Below are positions 35,181-46,974 of a stretch of 64,000 bases of DNA, piece by piece. Numbering within the stretch: the stretch's first letter is position 1; the number at the start of each line of letters is the position of its first letter. The position numbers were made by a program, and so were the translations under genes. Where the stretch lies: the NCBI RefSeq assembly GCF_964213995.1, contig NW_027590159.1, forward strand, positions 248,001 through 312,000. The letters run 5' to 3'. This stretch comes from Mustelus asterias. Lineage: Eukaryota. Under the pieces are notes generated by a model. That model did not search any database, was not told the origin of the DNA, and worked only from the letters and a program-made list of their open reading frames with translations.

Positions 35181-36567
35181 ACACAGAAAGGCGTGCTAAT
35201 CATGTCGTGCCATTGCATTAATACTGAAATATATCAAAATCCGTGGAGTTGGAATAGGCCATGACGAAATCGTAACCGAATCAGATGTTCCTGAAATGTA
35301 CAGCAAACAAAAATCATCTCCAGTCAGAAACACAATGAGCTGCAGTGAAGGGCCGGCTCCATTTAAACTGTCGTTAACCTCGTCTGGCTCCCAGAAAGGA
35401 CAATATGGCTTCCTGTTGAATTTGCTCAGGGTCTTCACTTGAGAAAGGACAGGACACAAGGCGAGACTGAGATTTGTGCGTTCTGCCGGGAAATAACTGA
35501 TATTTGTTTTCACGGATTGGAGGAGAGCAATAAATCTTCATTTCCTGACCTGCAATCAAAACAACGGTGACAGTTTCAACTCTAACCACCAGACCAACAG
35601 ATTACAGCGTGTTTTACAATTTGCTCTGCCCACGATCCTTTTGTTATTTTAATTTCCACGCCAGACCACTTGCACCACAAACTTCTCCTGCAAAATGGCA
35701 CCTTGTGTTTCAACACCAGAGTAGTGTTCAGCCAATTACAAGAATAATTCCACACTTATCGCGTCCGCCTCCCACGGTATGAAACTGGGCAGATTTTGTT
35801 TTCCAAATCATTTTCATTGCAGACTGAGGGAAAAGTTATTTTATTTATATATTTGCACATTTTAATTAGTCTGATGGGGTTTCCTTGCATTTTCTCATTG
35901 TGAAGTCAGGGGTCACTCCTTAAAAAGGACAGACGGTAAGGATCGGCACAGAAAACAAAGGAGGATGTATTATTTGACACAAGGAATGATGGACAAGGCA
36001 ACATTGAGCTGGTGATGGCGGAACTCGGGTGTTCCAATGGTGCAAAGTCATCGTTTTCACGACCATGGTCTCGATGGCAGGTGACAAATGTGGAAATAAG
36101 CAGAGTATTTATTTTAAATTAGAAACCTGTCTATTGTGTGACGGAAGAGAAGGAAGAGAATGGCTAAAATGACGATGATCCGCTGATTGGGAAAATCACT
36201 GTCAGCTTCCCTGCTGGATCAGTGGTTTGGATTTGGCACTTTCATCACTGTGGTCTGGTTCGAATTCCCAGCCAGAGAGCAATTCGTTTGTATTGCTGTA
36301 TGAAATGACACCGTGAAAAGGAAACCCTCATTGAATGAAGCCAGATCTGGCAGCGTCTGTGGGGTGAGAAACAAAGTTAATCTTGCAGCTGGATCTTTCA
36401 TCAAAGCTGGAAATGTCAGAAATGTAACAGAGGGAAAATAATTGCTTGGCTATGATTCCAAAATATGTGAGGGGCTTGAGGGGCGAAATGTTCTCTCCAA
36501 AATCCCAATTATATTCTAACCCGTTGCCTATATCACTCTGAGCAACAGTTAGCAGGGGGCTTCGACT

Positions 36568-36649
36568 GGTCGTTGGGCCGAATTGTTTTAGTTGCTAAAT
36601 TTAAGCTTCAATATCTGAAAATGTGTGCGTTCAAATCCCGCCACTGCCA
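36568..36649 (+). pseudogene. Highly degenerate tRNA-Leu relic
   Basis: 82 nt: ggtcgttgggccgaa...gctaaatttaagcttcaa...gttcaaatcccgccactgcca, collinear with tRNA-Leu(AAG/TAG). Confidence 0.6.
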
Positions 36650-37339
36650 AAAAGTGCAGCTCGTTTGTCTGTTCAACAAGTGGCATTCTGCAAGGAAGAA
36701 AAAAGAGGGATGAAAGGTGCAGCGTGACCTCCTGGGACCGAATGTGCCCTTTTGTTGCTGTAACTATTCAATAGTTTTATATGAGTAATACTCACACATT
36801 GACACTGATTGTCGTGATGTCCAAACGGCTCAGGCGGTGGATTTGAAATTGCTGTTCTCTCACGAAGATTTGAACCTCCCCCACTGCGCTGCTCAGCATT
36901 CATTCCTGTAGGTGACTGCAGAATTAATTATTCATTCAATGGAATCAAAACATTCCAAATATTCCCATCTGTTTTTCCTGCTTTACTTCCACGTTCCTTC
37001 ATTTCTGTACATCAGCTTGAATTCACCAAAACCCCAGCCAGAAATGGAACAAAACTGAACCCAGTTGGTGACATCGTTGATCTATGGGTGTTTGTGTCTT
37101 GTCAGCACTCTGCCACTCTCGGTGTCTGTGTGTGTTCCTCTGTGCATCAACGTGATTCAGTTACCAGAGGGGCTGAACACATTTTTACCATCACAAAACT
37201 GCGGTCACTTATTCATGTACCTCAATGGCAAATAGTACAGAGGATAACAACATGTTTGAAAGTTGCGAAAAAGATTTACTGATTCAGGCTTTTTTTTTGA
37301 CTGGCTCTTGCTTATTGACTCAATGGCCGTATGTTACAA

Positions 37340-37594
37340 TGAATGCTCCCTCCACCCACATTATCTGTACCTTTAAGACCTGGCTGGCTGTAGAGATTTG
37401 CATTCTAATTAGTATTCTGTAACTTGTTTTCTCTGCCGGTGCACTGTTGGAGAACAGATATCCACTCCATCTGACGAAGGAGCTGTGCTCCGAAAGATTA
37501 TGGTATTTGCTACCAAATAAACCTGTTGGACTTTAACCTGGTGTTGTGAGACTTCTTACTGTGCTTACCCCAGTCCAACGCCGGCATCTCCACA
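37340..37594 (+). mobile_element. Solo Penelope-like terminal repeat with a hammerhead-like motif
   Basis: 13-bp TSD ccgtatgttacaa (37327-37339, 37595-37607); ccat-CTGACGA-a-ggagc-tgt-gctcc-GAAA-gatt-atgg at 37467-37503. Confidence 0.85.
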
Positions 37595-39111
37595 CCGTAT
37601 GTTACAAAGCAGAGGATGATTGAAATTTTCACTGATCAACATTTAAACAGACAGTGGATTCACTCGGTGTGATGGTGCTTTCCAGTTCTATATCTGCAAC
37701 CACAGCATCAATTTTATCAGTTACTGTGAATCCCCAGTTACTGTGAATCCCATATTTCTAATAGGTTGGAAATATGCAGCAGCATGAACTAATATATCTC
37801 GTTTTATTTGAAATGAACATTCATCGATCGATTTGTATGAGAACTTACTGAATAGCAGCGAGACTGGCAAAGTTTGGACAGTGTTTCCCTGTTGTCAGAA
37901 GGACGCAAAGGATATCTATGCCGGAATATAAGTAGAGACAGGAATTGAGGGAGTCCATTTGGCTCGGGGTGCTCGGAAACCTCCAACCTTTCAACTGGCA
38001 GCTAACTTTTCTGAACAGGTTTCCGACAAAAATCCTGCAGCAGTTTAAATTCAGGGCTTTCACAGCCTGGATCCAATTCAATTCGCATTCTCGAAGTTGT
38101 GCTAGTTGTTATAATTCACACTCGGTTACGGTTTGAAAAGAGTCATATTGAACTCGGAATCTTAACTCACTGTCTTGCTCCACATTTTTTGCAAGCTCTG
38201 CTGAGAAATTCCAGCACTTTACATTTTTATTACGACATGAATCATAGGAGGAAAAGCAGACCATTCGGTCCATAGAGACTTTTCCGTCATTCAACGCCAT
38301 CATGGCTGATCTTGAGCTACAACTCAGTTTTTCCACCAGCTCCCGATATTCCTGAATGCCCCAAGAAACCAGAAACCTGTTGATCCCAACCTTAAATATG
38401 CTCGATGATGGGGCATACATAACTGCCAAGTACAGAGGATGCCAAAGATTCTCAGCCCTTTGAGTGAAGCAATTTCTCCTTATCTTAGCCCTAAATGATC
38501 AGCCCGTTATCTGTGCCGCAGTGGGTTAGATTCCCCGAGCAGCAGCAAAATAATCTCTTAGCCTCCATTCTATCAATCCTAATCAGAATTGTATAGTTTT
38601 AATGAGATCGCCTCTCATTCTTCGAAACTACAGAGAATTTCAGCCCAATTTACCCAGCGTCTCATCACAGGAAAACTCCCTCATCCAGGGACCAATCTGT
38701 TCAACATTTTCTGTACCGTTCCCAATGAAGGCGTGTCCTTAATTAAATGTGATTATCATAACTGCACTGAATATTCAACATATGGTCTCAACAAATCTAA
38801 ATGCTGCAGCACCTCGTTATTCTTGTCCTCCCGTCTGCCGGCATTAAATACCAAAATGTAATTTCGCTTCCTCGTTATTTGCTGCACCGACATGCTAGCA
38901 TGTACATTTCTTGTACAAAAACACCTATTTTGCTTTGAATTTCAACACTTAACTTTTTCAAATATGTCCTGCTCTTCTATTTTTACGAAGAAGAGAATAT
39001 CTATTCACTTTCCAAAATTACAGCCGATCTATCATCTTGACCATTCATCAAAGCTGTCGGTATCGTCTCCCAGCCTCTTCCTTACAACTCTTTTCTGGTG
39101 AATTCTACCAC

Positions 39112-39165
39112 AGGCTCGAACGAGAATTGAACTCGCGACGCTGATTTACAAGACCAGGGCTTTAA
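39112..39165 (-). pseudogene. tRNA-Thr(TGT) 3' two-thirds relic
   Basis: aggctcgaacgagaattgaactcgcgacgctgatttacaagaccagggctttaa matches the reverse complement of tRNA-Thr-TGT. Confidence 0.75.
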
Positions 39166-39482
39166 GGTCAGAGTAAGTGTAGCATTTTCAGTGGATTGTA
39201 AAACAGGCAGCATTTTCAGGTAGGAAATATTTGATGGATCTAGAAATGTCTGAGCTGGAGAGCAGGAAGCTAAAAGATGCAACTTGAAAGTGGCATAATT
39301 TGACATGTGTGCCGTGTGTGTATCATGTGATTCATCTTCAGAATCTATCGTTACTATTACATCTCTGACATTTCCAGTTCTGTTACAAGTTCATCCAGCT
39401 GGAAGATTAACCTTGTTGCTCCCTTCACAGATGCTGTGCGTCCTGTTTTCATTAATTGAAGAATCAAACAAAAAGTTATTCA

Positions 39483-39546
39483 CTCCATGACTGGGAATTG
39501 AACCTGGGGCCTCTGCGCCGAATCCTGAACACTGGGCCCTAAGTGA
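39483..39546 (-). pseudogene. tRNA-Glu relic lacking the anticodon region
   Basis: tgactgggaattgaacctgggg...gcgccgaatcctgaacactg matches the reverse complement of tRNA-Glu-CTC with an internal deletion. Confidence 0.65.
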
Positions 39547-39952
39547 AAGCAGATGTGAGAGATTTGCAATGAGTAGATGATCTTTGTATCCATTGAATCA
39601 TTCGCAATATCTTTCAGTGAAGACATAGTCACCATGAGGAATGATGGGAAGAGCACATGACAGGATTTGAACTTCAGTTAGAAAATCCCAGTCCATGCCC
39701 TGGGCCGCGAATAACGTCTAAATGTTTACAATCCTGTTGTTTATATCGACAGACAGTTATTCAGCCTGTGTTCCCGTGTATGGTCCCTCGGAGCAAATCC
39801 AATGCTTCCACGCAATATCGTTTACCTCAACAACTGTTTGCATTGGCACTGTCTCTCCTCGTTGTTCCTGCGAAAAACGGCACCGCACACACTCCTGCAT
39901 TCAATCTGAGTTGTGAGAAGTCAGTTGCAAGGACCAAAACTGGAATTAAATC

Positions 39953-40034
39953 TGGCAGCGGTGGGATTCGAACACACGCCTGCGGAGAGACTGGAGCCTT
40001 AATTGAGCGCCCTAGACCGCTCGGCCTCGCTACC
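39953..40034 (-). pseudogene. tRNA-Leu(AAG), probable pseudogene
   Basis: Full 82-nt body with intact acceptor stem; U8A change and mismatches in the anticodon and T stems. Confidence 0.88.
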
Positions 40035-40956
40035 ATGCCAAAACGGCGCCCAACCATATCATTTATTGATAATGTTACCGAAATTCCTTGGAAGCAACGA
40101 AGCTGGGAAAGGCCATCAGAGGCTTGAGCCAGCTCCGTCACTGAATGAAGTAATCCTGAACTGTGCAACAAACTGAAATCATCTCCAGTCCGAAACACAA
40201 TGAGCTGCAGTGAAGAATCAGCGCCAGTTAAACTGTCCTTACTCTCATCTGGTTCCCAATCTCTGCCAGAAATGACAAGAAAACCTCCTGTTGAATTTGC
40301 TCAGGGTCTTCACTTCAGGATACGAGGCGAGATTGTGTTTTATATGTTCAATAGGGCAGTAACTGTCATTTGTTTTCACGGTTTGGACGAGAGCAATGAA
40401 TTTGCAGTGACAGTGTCAGACTCTAACCAACAGACCAGCAGCTCACAGCGTGTTTGACAATGGGCTTTATCCACGCTGCTTGTGCTTGTTTTCTCTGATT
40501 TTCACGCCAGGCCACTTTCACCACAAAACAAGTTTCTCCTGCAAAATGGCACCTTCTGCCTCAACACCAGTGATGCTTCAGCCAATGATAGTATATAATA
40601 TACGAAACCGGTCAGACACTTTTCCAAATATTTTCATTGCTGAGTGAGGGAAAAGTTTAATTATTTAGTGTCAGTATAAAGGCGAACATCTGACCTGTTA
40701 CCATCCAGAGAGCAACCATACCTATTGGGATCAGCATCCCTATCATCAGCGCGTTGCAGCCTATCACTGTTTTTCTTTTTCTGTGTTTGAGCTTGACCTG
40801 TTGTACATGTGACATTTCTAGCTCTGATGTAAACTTGCAAACCTCAGTCGGCTGATTCCAGTAGATCTGCTTTCCATCAGAGAGTAAATCAGATAATTTT
40901 TAATAGTTTGCTCAGAGCAATTCATAAACTTTTCCTGAGCGAAAATTGAAACCAAA

Positions 40957-41236
40957 TGTCTGTGCGGAGTTTGCACATTCTCCTCGTGTCTGCGTGGGTT
41001 TCCTCCGGGTGCTCCGGTTTCCTCCCACAGTCCAAAGATGTGCGGGTTAGGTTGATTGGCCATGCAAAAATTGCCCCTTAGTGTCCTGGGATGCGTAGAT
41101 TAGAGGGATTAGCGGGTAAAATATGTAGGGATATGGGGGTAGCGCCTGCGTGGGATTATGGTCGGTGCAGACTCGATGGGCCGAATGGCCTCTTTCTGTA
41201 CTGTAGGGTTTCTATGATTTCTATGATTTCTATGAT
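40957..41236 (+). mobile_element. 5'-truncated HE1-type SINE
   Basis: Conserved central domain and (tttctatga)n tail. Confidence 0.9.
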
Positions 41237-42347
41237 CACTGGGGGAGTGCTGAGCAAAAACCACTGGACTCCCAGAGTCACTGGTGAACTGAGTTTTTCA
41301 AACTGACTTATCCTATATCCCTTTGCTTATTATTTTCATCTCTGATCTTTTTTTTTTACCAGAGACAACATTCCCCATCAACATGTCCTATTTGGATGGA
41401 ACATACGTGCCTCCTTCAGGCAATGACAACACCGATTGAGTTCGTTCGGTCACGAAATTGACAGTGAGGCGAAATAGTCCCATAAGGTGCTCAAGTGATC
41501 GAGGTTATAACATCCTGAAAAAGGATTGATAGTGTAAACGTAGACCAAATGTTTCCTCTTACGGTACAATCAAGAACAACAGGTCACATTTATAGGTTGA
41601 GAGGCGGGAGATGAGATGTCGCTGAAATGAGGAGGAATACTTCCAACAGAGGGTCGTGAATTTGTGGAACTCGCTGACCCATAGCGCGGTAGAGTTTGAA
41701 TCATTAAATGGTTTCAAGAAGGAGAAAGATGCATTACTAATTTAAAAGAAGAATGAGGGGATATTGGAAGAGGTGGGGAGGTGGATTTGAGACCAGGGGA
41801 AGATCAGCCATGAACTGATTGAATGTTGGTTCAGGCTGGAAGCGCTGAATTTGCCTACTTCTGCTCCTAATTCATATGTTCGTAAGTGTAACTTGAATTT
41901 TCAAAGCCCACCATCTCATCACTGTGCCTTCAGTTTAATCTAAGTGCATTACATCCATTGGTTCCCCTTTATCAACAGCACAGCCGGGTCCCGTAAAGAA
42001 CTTAGAAATTGCCGCATTTTGTGGTGTAATCACTTTGAAATTCTGTTTCCCTCATTTAATCTCTAATGACTTCCAGCTTAATCGAGATATTTCCTGTCGT
42101 TATGCTGCTGGATATCACTTGCTTAAAGCGTCCGGCATTTCTAACCATTCCCAGCTTTACTGACAGATTATGGATGTAAAAGATGAGCTTTATTTTCTTG
42201 TGCACACACGCTGCCTGACTTCTTGAGTTTTTCCAACACTTTCACCTTTCACCACAGATGTCTGAGCAGCTTTGGGTGGCAATGGAAGTATTTTTAGTTG
42301 AACCACCTCCCTCCCCCCCACCACACCCCCCCCCTTCCCTTCCCTTC

Positions 42348-42437
42348 CCCGCGTAGGTCTGGGGGTATGATTTTCCCTTCATTTGTTAACAATCATAAAT
42401 TTGCTGGAGGTCCCGGGTTCAAATCCCGGGCGAGCCC
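42348..42437 (+). pseudogene. tRNA-Pro-derived pseudogene with an 18-nt insertion at the intron site (42384-42401)
   Basis: cgtaggtctgggggtatgatt...gaggtcccgggttcaaatcccgggcgagccc; 90 nt in total, the same length as the copy at 10833. Confidence 0.78.
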
Positions 42438-43292
42438 TGGTTCAGCTGTTATTTCGTATTGGACACGTCATCGGCTTTGTAAATGTATTTGCTCTGCACA
42501 AGGCAGGATTGGTTTATATGGGTTTTGGTTTGAGAACCTGAACACACACTGCAGGATATCTATCAACACAATAACTCACACAAAAAAATCAAGACATTTT
42601 CAAAAGGTTACTATGCTTGTAGACATTCATTTTATCCCTATTCACATGAGGGGACCCGCTGTTTGTTGGTTCAGACAACTGGCTCTGTATATATAGTTAT
42701 CCATTCATGGTTTGTGGATGCGTCCCCCACTCGCTGTCTCTATATTTTTCTCATTGTCTCTATATGTCTCTCCCTCAGAATCTCTCAGTCTCTCTGAATG
42801 TGTTTTTATTCCCTTTCCCTATTTATCGCTTCGCTGTCTCTTTTATCTCGCTGTCTATGTGTAACCAAGGTTTACTGGTGAGAGTTTTTGATGAGGCAGT
42901 TGTCCTGGGAGGAGAGATTCAGTGGGATGAGTGTATTTACTCTGGAGTTTAGAATAATCAGAAGTAATCTTATTGAAAAGTCAAAAATTGGCAAACAGTT
43001 TGACAGTGTACAAGCTGAGACGCTGTTCTCCCCACCCCGACTAGGTAACTGAGAACAAAAAAAATTAAGGTGAAAGATGTAAGAGGAGTTTGCAATGTTT
43101 GGGAGAGGTGAACCTCAGAAGTGGAAGATGAGAATGATGTTATTGATGATTGCGAGGAATGCATTGTAACCTAAGGCATTCTGTAGGTCGATTCATTGTA
43201 ATCTTTGAAATCAGAACAATCTGAAACGCCAGATGGAAAAAGTATATTTGTCTCCATGCATTTTAGGTTATGGGAAGCTACTTTCGCCATGT

Positions 43293-43357
43293 GCCCGGCG
43301 AGCTCAGTCGGTAGAGCACGAGACTCTTAATCGCAGGTTCGAGCTCCACGCTGGGTG
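43293..43357 (+). pseudogene. tRNA-Lys(CTT) pseudogene, 8-nt deletion
   Basis: GCCCGGCGAGCTCAGTCGGTAGAGCACGAGACT-CTT-AATCGCAGGTTCGAGCTCCACGCTGGGTG; variable loop and 5' T stem lost. Confidence 0.88.
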
Positions 43358-43691
43358 TCTTCTTTAAACTTCAAGTAAATCCTCCACATGGAATCAAATC
43401 GCTTAATTTCTCATGGAAAACACACATTTAGAGCAGTGCAATGTGCAAATCACTGTCAGACACTCAGAATACCGGGGAATTGACGACACAGCTCTTTCTC
43501 TCATTCATATACAGAAAAAAGTGGTGAATCCTCAGCGGGTCAGGCCCAATCTGTTGCGGGAGAAACAGTGAACCGTTCAGGTCACGAAACTTTCATCACA
43601 ACTGGAAAGAAGTGAGAGATGTTACTGATCTTAATAAAATTCACCGATCCATTTATCCCAGTTTAAACAAGAGGCAGGCCAACGAGAATAG

Positions 43692-43751
43692 TGGTTACAC
43701 CAAGATTCGAAATCGTATTGCTAGATTCAAAATCCGTTACGCCCTGAAACC
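43692..43751 (-). pseudogene. tRNA-Gln(TTG) relic with internal deletion
   Basis: ggttacaccaagattcgaaatcgtattgctagattcaaaatcc...gttacgccctgaaacc compared with the reverse complement of tRNA-Gln. Confidence 0.6.
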
Positions 43752-43789
43752 AACAGGGGGACGACACACGCACATTTGCTCAATAATTT

Positions 43790-43827
43790 CCACGCCCGCG
43801 GCTCGAGTGCGATTCCCGGTCAGGGAA
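43790..43827 (+). pseudogene. tRNA-Glu 3' half relic
   Basis: ccgcggctcgagtgcgattcccggtcagggaa matches the 3' end of tRNA-Glu-CTC. Confidence 0.7.
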
Positions 43828-44332
43828 TGTCAATTTATTGCTCTGTTGCAACACATGAATTTAGAGGAGCGGAATTACTTCCCGATCGAAAACGGGAGCG
43901 ATACTTGTGCCACGTTGAAGAGCAGGGAGAATAATTAGCCCCATTCGACAATGTTGTCCGTTACCCACAGCAATTCATATTTACATTGCCCTTGCTGGTT
44001 CCTTCTGTCAAAATGAGCGAGCTCCCTTCTGCTGCATTAAATTTCACTGTCGCTCACCACATTCAAAGAGCAATAATGACATCGACCTATTATAAACCTT
44101 ATTGTGGTAAATCTCCTGAACAACATCAGCTTATCACAGCTCTGCTTTCATCACCTGGATCCAAATCTCAGCCAAATCACAAGAAAACATCTCGCTAACT
44201 TAAACACTAAGCTCTCCGACTTCACTCAGAAACCAGTTACTGTGAGACAAAGCGGGATGCAGTCTGACCGCTCGATCCCCCTCCACCACTTAATAAGACT
44301 AGGCTGGATCCCGAGCATTAGTTGATAACTGA

Positions 44333-44404
44333 GGGGCTATAGCTCACTGGCAGAGCATTCGACTGCAAATCAAGAGGCGTTCGGTTCAAATCCGAGTGCT
44401 CCTT
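44333..44404 (+). pseudogene. tRNA-Cys(GCA), probable pseudogene
   Basis: GGGGCTATAGCTCACTGGCAGAGCATTCGACT-GCA-AATCAAGAGGCGTTCGGTTCAAATCCGAGTGCTCCTT; acceptor and anticodon stem mismatches. Confidence 0.85.
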
Positions 44405-45532
44405 TCCTTGCCTAATTGTCAATATTTCTTTTCAATTGTAACTGTCTTTCATTGGCTGCAAAGCGCGCTGTGACGTCCAGCAACCGGGAAAGGCGTTGCA
44501 TAAATCCAAGTCAGTCCTTCATGAAGTGTCTTTAATCCCAATCCTTTGGTTACTGATCACCGACAGTGGAAACAGTTTGTCCCTATCTGCTCTCCCCGTC
44601 ATCCCTTTCCCATGTTCGGAGAAGCGGGTAACCACTAAATCACAGCAACACTGTGGGGAGTAAAATAGTCCAAGGGGTTGCATAGTATTGTAAACGATGT
44701 GGTCATGTTGTAGTTCGAGACTAAGTTTTACAAAAAGAGAATTAGGGTTGGATATATCCAGCACTCGCTGACACCCTAATATAGTGTGTTTTAGTCTAAG
44801 TGGCGGAATTCGTTATTGCGTTCTACTCTTATGCAAATTGTTGATGGCTCCGTACATCCAGAGGCTTTGGTTGTACTTTTATTTCCCACATAACCATTCA
44901 TTGTCGCGCCGATCCGGCTGGTGAGCCGAGGCAACAATAAAAATAATTCTCAAGTGTTGCCGCTCGACTGTTGTCAGGTGTTGTCAACATTATTTATTTA
45001 ATGAATATTCATGTCATACATATTACACGGTATAATACATACTCATTTCAAATATGCGATTAAAGTTAAGAATTAGAGTTTTGGCTGGATGTGTTTGTGT
45101 GACAGTTCTCCGATGAGTCCTCATCTGAGACTGGGAAACAATCTCTCATTATTCTGTAGGTTCAATAAGATTGCCTCTCAGTCTTCCAAACTCCAGGGAA
45201 TTTCAGCCCAATTAACACAGCCTCACATCTCAGGAGAACTCTCTCATCACAGGAACCTACCAAGTGGACCGTCTCCAATGGAAGGGTAGCCTTTTTAAAA
45301 AAAAAAGTGTTGTGGATATCAGAACTGCACCGAATATTTCACACTTGCTCCCAACAAAATCCTGTATAAATATAAGTTAGCGTTTTTATTCTTATACAGC
45401 AATCTGCTGTCAATAAAGACCAAAATGCCATTTCCCTTCCCATTGTTTGCGGCACCACCATGCTATCTTCCTGCGTTCCTTTTACAAACACACACAAATC
45501 TCCTTCAACATAAACGATTATAGTTCGGAAAG

Positions 45533-45872
45533 ATGATGGCCTGATGGTATTATCGTGAGACTATTAATCCAGAAATTCACCCAATTCTATGAGCCCCGGT
45601 TTTGAATCCTGCCACGGAATTTGTATTCAATAAAAACTATCTGGAATTAAGAATCTACTGATGACCATCAAACCATTGTCGATTGTCGGAAAAAAAGGAT
45701 CGAGTTCGCTAATGTCCTTTAGGGAAGGAAATCTGCCGCCCCTCACCTGTCTGGCCGACATTGACTCCAGAGCTACAGCAAAGTGGTTGACTCTCAACTG
45801 TCCCAAGGCAATCAGGATGAGCAATAAATGCTGGCCAGCCAGCGACGCCCATTTCTAATGAACTAAAAAAGA
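45533..45872 (+). mobile_element. tRNA-derived SINE of a second shark family
   Basis: Degenerate A/B boxes; body ctaatgtcctttagggaaggaaatctgcc; tail aataaatgctggccagccagcgacgccca resembles the reverse complement of the LINE end at ~15755-15800. Confidence 0.75.
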
Positions 45873-45936
45873 ACCAGGTCACTTTTTCAAACATTGTCTG
45901 CTCTTTCTCCATTTATGAACAAGAGAATATCTTCTT

Positions 45937-46233
45937 GGGCAACATGATGGCACTGCTGCCTCACAGCGCCAGGGACCTGGATCAATTCGTGGCATGGGTC
46001 ACTGTCTGTGTGGAGTCTGCATGTTTTCCCTGTGTTCCGTGGCTTTCTTGCGGGTGTACCTTCTTACTTCCACAGAGGGAAAGTTGTGCTGGTTAGGTGC
46101 ATTGGCCATGCTAAATTTCTGTCAATGTACCGAACAGGCAGAACAGGTGCCGGTTCTGCCGACGAGGGAATTGTCACAGAAACTTCATTGCTGTGTTAAT
46201 GTAAGCCTAATTGTGGCACGAATAAATAAACTT
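45937..46233 (+). mobile_element. SINE with HE1-like head/body and alternative tail
   Basis: cactgctgcctcacagcgccagggacc...cattggccatgctaaatt...aacttcattgctgtgttaatgtaagcct...aataaataaact. Confidence 0.8.
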
Positions 46234-46259
46234 TAAATTGTCCAAAATTGCACTCGACC

Positions 46260-46285
46260 TGCTCTAACCACTGAGCTATGGAGCC
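46260..46285 (-). pseudogene. tRNA-Thr(TGT) 5' third relic
   Basis: Minus strand GGCTCCATAGCTCAGTGGTTAGAGCA, a 26-nt match to the 5' end of tRNA-Thr-TGT. Confidence 0.75.
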
Positions 46286-46974
46286 AATTCCTGCGCTCAG
46301 CGCGGAGTTCGTGTATCATCATCAGTGGGCGAGGAAGAGGTTGAATTTTCAGGTGGGTGATATTTGATGGATGTGGAAGTATCCGAGGTGGAGAACAAGG
46401 AGTCAATCGATGCGATTTCAAACATGAAGAATTTGACATGTGTGTCAGTTGCTTTTGTGATAAATGTCTGCCGTGTCATTCTTATTCAGAGTTTATTATT
46501 GTTGCTACATCTCTGATTTTTCCAGCTCTGATACAATTCATCCAGCTGAGGATTAATCTTCTTTCTCCCTTAACAGACAGTGTGAGACGTGTTTTCATTT
46601 AATGAAGAATTCATTACCCAGTAACGAATCCATTGTGGCCTCGCCTCTTGTTGCTCTATCTACATACTGTGTCAGGAAGCCTTCCTGCACATATTGGACA
46701 AAAACTGACCCCTCTAAAGTACTCACGTTGTGCTTTATTTCATTTCAGATGTAACCTGAGCGAATTTGACTCCCCCATTCTGGCAGCAGCGGGGTTGATC
46801 TGGATCTTCTCTGATTGAAAGCAATGTGCTGAATATGCCCTTGTCAAATCAAAACATGCTTGTGCAGGACAAGAATTATATGCGCTAAACACAAGCAGCT
46901 TGCATAGGACCTGTCAACACTGGTCATGATCCTATTTAATTTCACCTGGCCATACTGAGTTTTTCCTGATTCAT

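Noticed and set aside
39112-46285. Trans-spliced split tRNA-Thr
   Set aside because: No complementary leader/trailer sequences are visible, the 3' part is degenerate, and the halves sit in duplicated cassettes.
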